DNA of 33,790 nt from a virus (taxonomy: Duplodnaviria > Heunggongvirae > Uroviricota > Caudoviricetes), in IMG/VR virus record IMGVR_UViG_2529292829_000010, positions 1 through 33,790 of that record. One strand, 5' to 3'. The stretch's first letter is position 1; each line of letters begins with the position of its first letter. Positions 15,049-20,937 of this stretch are shown here, piece after piece. Under the pieces are notes generated by a model that was not told where the DNA came from, searched no databases, and worked only from the letters and a program-made list of their open reading frames with translations. The position numbers and the translations under genes were made by a program.

Positions 15049-16098
15049 ATGGCTAATACTGTAAAAATATCCAGTTGTGAGTTAATCAACGCTGATTGTC
15101 TGGAATTTATCCAGACCTTACCGGAAAATTCTGTCGATCTGATAGTCACAGACCCGCCATACTTTAAAGTGAAGCCCGAGGGCTGGGATAACCAGTGGAA
15201 GGGCGACGATGATTACCTGAAATGGCTGAATCAGTGTCTGGCGCAGTTCTGGCGGGTACTGAAGCCCGCAGGAAGTCTTTACCTGTTCTGTGGTCATCGC
15301 CTGGCATCTGACACCGAAATCATGATGCGTCAGCGCTTTAATGTGCTGAACCACATTATCTGGGCGAAGCCGTCAGGGCGCTGGAACGGGTGCAACAAGG
15401 AAAGCCTGCGGGCGTATTTCCCGGCAACAGAGCGCATTCTGTTTGCAGAACATTATCAGGGGCCATACCAGCCCAAAAATGACGGCTATGAGGCAAAGGG
15501 GCGTGAGCTAAAACAGCACGTCATGGCCCCGCTGATTTCTTACTTTCGTGATGCGCGTGAATCACTGGGAATAACGTCAAAACAGATAGCGGAAGCCACC
15601 GGAAAGAAAAACATGGCTTCGCACTGGTTTGGTACCAGTCAGTGGCAATTACCGAACGAGGGTGATTACAACAAATTGCAGGCGTTGTTTGCGCGTGTTG
15701 CGGCAGAAAAGCATCAGCGAGGGGAACTGGAAAAGCCACACCACCAGCTGGTCAGCACATACAGTGAACTGAACCGGCAATATGCCAGCCTGCTGGAAGA
15801 GTATAAATCTTTGCGGCGTTATTTTTCCGTATCGGCTGCCGTTCCGTATACGGATGTCTGGACGCATAAATCCGTGCAGTTTTATCCGGGCAAACATCCC
15901 TGTGAAAAACCGGCAGATATGTTGCGGCAGATAATTGAGGCCAGCAGTCACCCTGGTGATTTGGTTGCGGATTTTTTTATGGGTTCAGGTTCAACGGTAA
16001 AAGCGGCGATGGCACTGGGGCGTTGTGCGATTGGTGTTGAGCTGGAGACCGGACGTTTTGAACAGACAGTCAGGGAAGTTCAGGATTTAATCGTTTGA
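15049..16098 (+). CDS. DNA methyltransferase, beta-class amino-MTase (probably N6-adenine), 349 aa
   Basis: Motif IV IVTDPPYF near the N-terminus and motif I DFFMGSGST near the C-terminus (IV-TRD-I order). No adjacent restriction endonuclease. Confidence 0.85.
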   Translation: MANTVKISSCELINADCLEFIQTLPENSVDLIVTDPPYFKVKPEGWDNQWKGDDDYLKWLNQCLAQFWRVLKPAGSLYLFCGHRLASDTEIMMRQRFNVLNHIIWAKPSGRWNGCNKESLRAYFPATERILFAEHYQGPYQPKNDGYEAKGRELKQHVMAPLISYFRDARESLGITSKQIAEATGKKNMASHWFGTSQWQLPNEGDYNKLQALFARVAAEKHQRGELEKPHHQLVSTYSELNRQYASLLEEYKSLRRYFSVSAAVPYTDVWTHKSVQFYPGKHPCEKPADMLRQIIEASSHPGDLVADFFMGSGSTVKAAMALGRCAIGVELETGRFEQTVREVQDLIV

Positions 16099-16148
16099 AA
16101 CGGATGAGATTGCAGAATTAATTACGCACCATTATTATTCTGCTCCCG

Positions 16149-16224
16149 GCCCTTTAGCTCAGTGGTGAGAGCGAGCGACTCATAATCGCCAGGTCGCTGG
16201 TTCAAATCCAGCAAGGGCCACCAT
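16149..16224 (+). tRNA. tRNA-Ile2 (anticodon CAU, lysidine type; ileZ/ileX-like)
   Basis: Cloverleaf: acceptor GGCCCTT/AAGGGCC, D-arm GCTC-AGTGGTGA-GAGC, anticodon loop CUCAUAA (CAT at 16182-16184), T-loop TTCAAAT, encoded CCA. Close to E. coli ileX as I recall it. Confidence 0.85.
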
Positions 16225-16231
16225 CACATAC

Positions 16232-16305
16232 CGCCATTAGCTCATCGACAGAGAGTGCCAGCTTTCGAAACTGGCTGTGTGGGGCTCGGGTCCCCGATGG
16301 CAATC
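16232..16305 (+). tRNA. Degenerate tRNA-like element (possible pseudo-tRNA, Arg-like UCG)
   Basis: tRNA-like arms, but the D-loop lacks GG, the anticodon stem GCCAG/CTGGC encloses a 9-nt loop CTTTCGAAA, the T-loop is CTCGGGT (no A58), the acceptor pairing is imperfect and there is no CCA. Confidence 0.35.
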
Positions 16306-16320
16306 TATTATCTGCATTAT

Positions 16321-16397
16321 GCGTTGTTAGCTCAGCCGGACAGAGCAATTGCCTTCTAAGCAATCGGTCACTGGTTCGAATCCAGTACAACGCGCCA
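16321..16397 (+). tRNA. tRNA-Arg (anticodon UCU, decodes AGA; argO-like)
   Basis: Acceptor GCGTTGT/ACAACGC, anticodon stem ATTGC/GCAAT with loop CTTCTAA (TCT at 16355-16357), T-loop TTCGAAT, encoded CCA. Confidence 0.85.
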
Positions 16398-16411
16398 CGC
16401 TTATTTTTCCA

Positions 16412-16435
16412 GGCTCGCTTCGGCGGGCCTTTTTC
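16412..16435 (+). terminator. Intrinsic terminator after the tRNA array
   Basis: GGCTCGC-TTCG-GCGGGCC (one G-U pair) followed by TTTTTC. Confidence 0.65.
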
Positions 16436-16572
16436 ATATCCGCGCCACGCCCGGCGAATATCAAAAAACCACAGAGCCTTTCAGGGGTGAGCTTACGGGA
16501 TGGTCAGTGTGACTTTCTCTGTGGGCTGGTCACCACCGGGCGCAGGCTCACCCACTAAAAGGAAAAGTCACG

Positions 16573-16998
16573 ATGTTTGGTATTTTCAAAAAGAAAACCC
16601 GCAAGGCCATTACCGAAGTGAAGAAGATGGAGAACCGCGACGCAGTGGAGGCGACCGTCTGGGGCGCGTATTCCATTGCATACGCTGACGGCACCTGTGA
16701 TGCGAAAGAAATCGCAGTACTGGAGAAAACCATTGCAGCACTTCCTGCCTTTGCGCCGTTCTCCGGTGAGATTGCCCAGATGAGCGCCAATATCCGCGCC
16801 CGTTATGAAGCATCCCCGCGTTCAGCCAATGCCGAAGCCCTTCGTCAGCTGGCTGATGTCGCCGGTACTGATGATGCAGTTAATGTGCTGTGCCTGTGTC
16901 TGGATATCGCTGACCAGGATGGCATTGGTCCGGATGAAGAAGCACAGCTCAAGAAAATTGCGCAGGCGCTTCAGCTACCGCTGGAGCAGTACCTGTGA
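16573..16998 (+). CDS. TerB-like domain protein, 141 aa
   Basis: Helical pattern of acidic and hydrophobic residues (AYADGTCDAKEIAVLEKTIAAL ... LDIADQDGIGPDEEAQLKKIAQAL) typical of TerB/DjlA-N-type domains. AAGGA 10 nt upstream. Confidence 0.6.
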   Translation: MFGIFKKKTRKAITEVKKMENRDAVEATVWGAYSIAYADGTCDAKEIAVLEKTIAALPAFAPFSGEIAQMSANIRARYEASPRSANAEALRQLADVAGTDDAVNVLCLCLDIADQDGIGPDEEAQLKKIAQALQLPLEQYL

Positions 16999-17147
16999 AA
17001 AGTGCGCGCCTTGTGCTGGCTGCCATCCTGCTGTTTCTGGTAGTGGCAGTGGATTTCACCGGACGGCTGATGTCGGTGCTGGCAGATGGTGTGCTGGTGG
17101 TGATGGCGCTGGTCGTGCTCCGGCCTTTACTGCGTAAATCTGAATAA
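16995..17147 (+). CDS. Putative 50-aa membrane microprotein (GTG start)
   Basis: GTG at 16995 overlaps the TerB TGA (GTGA). VKSARLVLAAILLFLVVAVDFTGRLMSVLADGVLVVMALVVLRPLLRKSE has two hydrophobic segments. Not in the ORF track. Confidence 0.4.
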   Translation: MKSARLVLAAILLFLVVAVDFTGRLMSVLADGVLVVMALVVLRPLLRKSE

Positions 17148-17198
17148 CACCACACAAAAGGCATCTGCGGGTGCCTTTGACGGGGTATTGTTTTTTAC

Positions 17199-17222
17199 GG
17201 GCCGCTGGTGGCCCTTTTTTAT
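17199..17222 (+). terminator. Intrinsic terminator before the lysis cassette
   Basis: GGGCC-GCTGGT-GGCCC followed by TTTTTTATTT. A weaker hairpin AAAGGCA...TGCCTTT lies at 17157-17178. Confidence 0.7.
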
Positions 17223-17239
17223 TTACAGGAGAAAAAAGT

Positions 17240-17632
17240 ATGTCTGAACCCTTATCCGGTTCCGGTACGGCTGCGGCGCTCGGTGGAGCGACGGTATTCG
17301 GGCTGTTTACCGGAACGGATTTCGGGATTGTGTTTGGTGCGTTCGCCGGGGCGTTATTTGTGGCAACAATTCCGCAGGCGCTTTCAGCCTGGCGTGTGGC
17401 GGCGCATTTTCTGGTGTCGTTCATTATCGGCGTGCTGGGGGCAGGGGTTCTGGCATCCTGGCTGGTAAAGCACACAGGGTTTGACGGAGCGCCTGTCGAC
17501 GCACTGTGTGCAGTACTGGTGTCAGTGGTGTCGGTGAAGATTCTCTCGTTCATCCACCAACAGGATATCGCATCACTGGTGTCCGGCCTGTTATCTCGCC
17601 TGCGTGGCGGAGGAGGCGGCAATGTTAAGTAA
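17240..17632 (+). CDS. Holin-like membrane protein, 130 aa, three predicted TM segments
   Basis: ATG at 17240 with AGGAGAAAAAAG upstream. Three hydrophobic segments. Immediately upstream of a second membrane protein and the endolysin. Confidence 0.55.
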   Translation: MSEPLSGSGTAAALGGATVFGLFTGTDFGIVFGAFAGALFVATIPQALSAWRVAAHFLVSFIIGVLGAGVLASWLVKHTGFDGAPVDALCAVLVSVVSVKILSFIHQQDIASLVSGLLSRLRGGGGGNVK

Positions 17633-17900
17633 CCTTCCCGGATTACTGAATGTGGCGTTATGCACGGTTATCGTGCTGACGCTCTTTTTTTATCGTCGCC
17701 GTGATTCCAGACATAAACCGCTGATGTCATGGCTGGCCTGGCTGCTGATGCTGCTGTATGCCTTTGTGCCCCTCAGCTATCTGTGTGGTCGCCCGTTAGC
17801 GGTGAACTGGCTGGCGGTGGGGCTTAATCTGCTGTTCTGCGTGCTGGTGATTCGCGCACGCGGGAACGTTTCAAAAATCTTTGTATTACGAAGGCGCTGA
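17622..17900 (+). CDS. Second holin/antiholin-like membrane protein, 92 aa
   Basis: ATG at 17622 overlaps the end of the previous ORF. Three hydrophobic segments and a basic C-terminus RARGNVSKIFVLRRR. Confidence 0.55.
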   Translation: MLSNLPGLLNVALCTVIVLTLFFYRRRDSRHKPLMSWLAWLLMLLYAFVPLSYLCGRPLAVNWLAVGLNLLFCVLVIRARGNVSKIFVLRRR

Positions 17901-17901
17901 T

Positions 17902-18447
17902 ATGAAGTCGAAAGATGAAATTTTTGACGAAGTTCTGGGAAAAGAGGGCGGTTACGTCAATCACCCGGATGATAAAGGCGGACCGACAAAATGGGGTATT
18001 ACAGAAAAAGTCGCCCGCGCTCACGGATATCGCGGCGATATGCGTGACCTGACGCGCGGGCAGGCGCTGGAAATACTCGAGGCGGATTACTGGTTCGGAC
18101 CACGTTTTGACCAGGTCGCCGCATTATCCCCTGATATTGCTGCAGAGTTGTGTGATACCGGTGTGAATATGGGGCCGTCCGTAGCATCGAAAATGCTCCA
18201 GCGCTGGCTGAACGTTTTCAACCTGCAAGGCAAATTGTTCCCGGATATGGACGCAGACGGGCGTATCGGCCCCCGCACGATTAATGCACTACGGGCTTAT
18301 CTGCAAAAACGCGGCAAAGACGGCGAACTGGTAATGCTGACTGCGCTGAACTGTACGCAGGGTGACCGCTATCTGGAGCTGGCAGAGAAACGGGAGGCTA
18401 ACGAGTCATTTGTCTACGGCTGGATGAAAGAGCGCGTAGCAGTTTAA
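17902..18447 (+). CDS. Endolysin: GH108-family muramidase with C-terminal peptidoglycan-binding domain, 181 aa
   Basis: N-terminal FDEVLGKEGGYVNHPDDKGGPTKWGIT is the GH108 signature. C-terminal region resembles PG_binding_3. Follows the holin-like genes. Confidence 0.8.
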   Translation: MKSKDEIFDEVLGKEGGYVNHPDDKGGPTKWGITEKVARAHGYRGDMRDLTRGQALEILEADYWFGPRFDQVAALSPDIAAELCDTGVNMGPSVASKMLQRWLNVFNLQGKLFPDMDADGRIGPRTINALRAYLQKRGKDGELVMLTALNCTQGDRYLELAEKREANESFVYGWMKERVAV

Positions 18448-18545
18448 AAACTGACGCTGAAGTGCTGAACACCCTCAACTCATGCAGGCTCTTTTCTGGG
18501 GTTACGATGAGCGAAAGCAAGGGGTACCGCATCAGATAGCAAAAA

Positions 18546-18580
18546 CCCCGGCTGCTGGAACAGTCCGGGGTTTTCTGTTT
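18546..18580 (+). terminator. Intrinsic terminator after the endolysin
   Basis: CCCCGG ... CCGGGG stem followed by TTTTCTGTTT. Confidence 0.65.
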
Positions 18581-18607
18581 CTGGCCTTGGGTAAGGCAAA
18601 GGAGAAC

Positions 18608-18790
18608 ATGAGGAAGTATAAACTAATTCTGTTGAGGTTGACTATGAAAAACGGCCTTGAATTGAAAGCGCCTGTAACTGATGACATCAGCAGAGCGGTG
18701 GCTTTTGCCATTAAGTGGGTGGCGGTTGGTATCGCCGTGTCTCCGATGCTGTATGGGCTGGCAAAACTGGTCATTGCGGTGAAATCGTAA
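18608..18790 (+). CDS. Small membrane protein, 60 aa
   Basis: ATG at 18608 with AAGGAGAAC upstream. C-terminal TM segment VAFAIKWVAVGIAVSPMLYGLAKLVIAV. Confidence 0.45.
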   Translation: MRKYKLILLRLTMKNGLELKAPVTDDISRAVAFAIKWVAVGIAVSPMLYGLAKLVIAVKS

Positions 18791-18801
18791 GTGGGGCGGG
18801 G

Positions 18802-18942
18802 ATGAGTATGTCAGATAGCATCATAAAACTGGCGCGGATTCTTTGTGTGGTTGTTGGCCTTTCATTTTCAGCAATGTTGGTTGCTATTTTCATTTCCACT
18901 GCCTGGCGAGTATTGAGCCTATCCGGATTGATTGGTGGATAG
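18802..18942 (+). CDS. Small membrane protein, 46 aa
   Basis: ATG at 18802. Hydrophobic core ILCVVVGLSFSAMLVAIFISTAW. Weak RBS. Not in the ORF track as a separate gene. Confidence 0.35.
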   Translation: MSMSDSIIKLARILCVVVGLSFSAMLVAIFISTAWRVLSLSGLIGG

Positions 18943-18946
18943 CGAG

Positions 18947-19129
18947 ATGAAGCGAAAACACTGGATACACAGAATGCCGCGAACGGCGGCGAAATGGGTA
19001 CTGGTAGCGATACTTGTGCCTTTTTTATTGGTGGGATGCGTCAGCCTGGATAAGGCGCACCAGCTTTTCGATGCAGCTTCTCAGGTCTGTGAAATTGTCG
19101 ACGGTGTTCGGCAGTGTATGCAGAACTGA
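18947..19129 (+). CDS. Small lipoprotein, 60 aa
   Basis: Signal peptide with lipobox LLVGC. Mature part carries three Cys. Could be an o-spanin-like or exclusion lipoprotein. Confidence 0.5.
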   Translation: MKRKHWIHRMPRTAAKWVLVAILVPFLLVGCVSLDKAHQLFDAASQVCEIVDGVRQCMQN

Positions 19130-19302
19130 TCGCCTGTAATAGCAGAATATTTTGCTGAAAAATGAAGAGCGTGCCAGCGTCCGGAAAGCATGAAATTCTG
19201 CTGTGTGTGTCAATTTTTCTTATACATTCTGAATCTTGCCGAATCAGGATGAACTTTGAACAACAGTCCGGGCGGCAAGGGGTATTTTTATCCGGAGGGG
19301 AT

Positions 19303-19527
19303 ATGAAGAGATTACTGGTAACCGTAAAGCCCTTTAACGGAACGATTCCATTCAGGGTTTTGCAGCGTGGACGTGTTCTGGTTAAGGATATCTTCAGTGG
19401 TAAATGCACGGAGTGTTACTCCCAGACATATGAAGTGGGTGCCACGGACGAAGAAATTTCTGTTGAATGCGATCTGAAGGCAAATATGGCGGGGATTGTA
19501 ACAGCCACGTTGTTGCCTGTTTCATGA
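19303..19527 (+). CDS. Hypothetical protein, 74 aa
   Basis: ATG at 19303 with GGAGGGG upstream. Confidence 0.5.
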   Translation: MKRLLVTVKPFNGTIPFRVLQRGRVLVKDIFSGKCTECYSQTYEVGATDEEISVECDLKANMAGIVTATLLPVS

Positions 19528-19567
19528 ATGACATAGAATGTCTCTGGGTACCCAAAAGGAGAACACT

Positions 19568-19783
19568 ATGTTTGTAGAAAATAACCTGAAGGCTGATCCT
19601 GATAATCAGGGATGGGTTCTGGGTTGGGCTGTAGTACGTGACAAACCCTGGCATCTGGTCGGCATTTATGCAACGGAGGATGGCGCAAAGTCTAAACGCT
19701 CTGAATTGAATGGGGAGTATGAAGTTCGTTATGGTTCCCATCGTTTAGGTAGTGATGATTTTATGTCTGTCGGACTCAGCTAA
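19568..19783 (+). CDS. Hypothetical protein, 71 aa
   Basis: ATG at 19568 with AAAGGAGAAC upstream. Followed by a strong terminator. Confidence 0.55.
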   Translation: MFVENNLKADPDNQGWVLGWAVVRDKPWHLVGIYATEDGAKSKRSELNGEYEVRYGSHRLGSDDFMSVGLS

Positions 19784-19804
19784 CTGGCTGTGATGCCTGT
19801 TTGT

Positions 19805-19830
19805 AGCCCCGCAAATGCGGGGCTTTTTTA
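19805..19830 (+). terminator. Intrinsic terminator
   Basis: AGCCCCGC-AAAT-GCGGGGCT followed by TTTTTT. Confidence 0.85.
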
Positions 19831-19925
19831 TATCTGGAGATGATGATGGAAAAACAGAAAACAAACCGATTGTAATCGGCGTTGCTGCTGTTCCGTTTGA
19901 GTTTGAGTTGTGTCAACTGGTGGGG

Positions 19926-20141
19926 ATGCGCATCAGTGATGAATGGGGTGAGGTTAAAGCCAGCGCGCAGTATGCGGATGGCGAAAACCAGTACTTGATC
20001 CACTACAAAGCAGCTGATGGTCGCGCCACGACGGAGTGGTTTGGTGAGTCAATGTTGGAAGCAACAGAAGATGATCGTCATCCGGGTTGTCCGGTATTTG
20101 CCGGTATGGAATTACCGGAAGGTGCAGTCGTTACTGAGTAA
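19926..20141 (+). CDS. Hypothetical acidic protein, 71 aa
   Basis: ATG at 19926. The upstream part of the 108-aa ORF overlaps the terminator hairpin. Start uncertain (TTG/GTG alternatives at about 19908 and 19920). Confidence 0.4.
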   Translation: MRISDEWGEVKASAQYADGENQYLIHYKAADGRATTEWFGESMLEATEDDRHPGCPVFAGMELPEGAVVTE

Positions 20142-20228
20142 CAGGCATTACAGCAGCCCTTCACACAGCGAGGGGCTGCGATAATGCAGGTGTTGGAGTG
20201 TGTGTAAATGATGATCGCTCTCATTTTG

Positions 20229-20276
20229 CGGGTCCTCCCGGTGGGGTACCCTTGCCACGGGGCGGGAGCGGCGCGG
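20229..20276. other. Candidate cos (cosN-like GC-rich element) about 190 bp upstream of terS
   Basis: GC-rich segment ...CACGGGGCGGGAGCGGCGCGG... with partial twofold symmetry, followed by an AT-rich tract before terS. Spacing is comparable to lambda cosN-Nu1. Confidence 0.3.
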
Positions 20277-20445
20277 AAAAAGGCTAGTTTTTGCATTTTT
20301 ATCGGCCACCATCATCTTTGCATCTTATTGATTATTAATGGTTATTTGTTTTTTGTATGTCTAATTGAGCGGTTTTTGTTCGACATCGAACGCGTTTTCT
20401 TAAAGTTGTTCGCACGATGCATGTTTAAAGCTATCCGGAGGAAAT

Positions 20446-20937
20446 ATGGATCATGAGTTGAAAAAACTGGTGCTGAATATTAATCAACTGGCGGCTTTAT
20501 CTGGTCTGCACCGCCAGACTGTCGTGGCAAGACTGAAAAACATTCGTCCCGCTGGTGGACATGACAAACTCAAGCTATACCGGTTGACCGATATTCTGAC
20601 TGAATTTATGGGGTTACCACCGCCGGTTGCTGAGGGCGAAATGGATCCACATGAACGCAAAGCCTGGTATCAGTCTGAACGTGAGCGTCTTAAGTTCGAA
20701 CAGGAAACGGCACAACTCATTCCGGCCAGTGATGTCAGACGGGAGTTTGCCATCTGGGCAAAAGCGGTCGTGCAGGTGCTGGAGACATTACCGGATATTC
20801 TTGAACGTGACTGCGGTCTGCAGCCTGCCGCTGTGAGCCGTGTTCAGTCCATTATTGATGATCTGCGCGATCAGATAGCCCTGCGGGTGACTGAAACAGG
20901 TGCGGATGATGAGGAGGAATTACAGCAGGAGGAGTAA
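20446..20937 (+). CDS. Terminase small subunit (Nu1-like), 163 aa
   Basis: GGAGG RBS. N-terminal HTH LNINQLAALSGLHRQTVVARL. Acidic C-terminus. Directly upstream of and overlapping the large terminase subunit. Confidence 0.8.
   Translation: MDHELKKLVLNINQLAALSGLHRQTVVARLKNIRPAGGHDKLKLYRLTDILTEFMGLPPPVAEGEMDPHERKAWYQSERERLKFEQETAQLIPASDVRREFAIWAKAVVQVLETLPDILERDCGLQPAAVSRVQSIIDDLRDQIALRVTETGADDEEELQQEE

Noticed and set aside
16440-17240. Looked for Shiga-toxin genes (stxA/stxB) between the tRNA array and the holin
   Set aside because: The only ORFs there are the TerB-like protein and a 50-aa membrane ORF; nothing of StxA size (~315 aa) or with an StxB-like signal-peptide protein (~89 aa).
17056-17622. 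188-aa minus-strand ORF opposite the holin-like gene
   Set aside because: Pro/Ala/Arg-rich translation of the complement of a GC-rich membrane-protein gene; the plus-strand gene has a strong RBS and holin-like topology.
19840-19869. Triple ATG (ATGATGATGG) opening a 9-codon ORF just after the terminator
   Set aside because: Terminates after nine codons and is out of frame with the downstream 71-aa ORF; no evidence of function.
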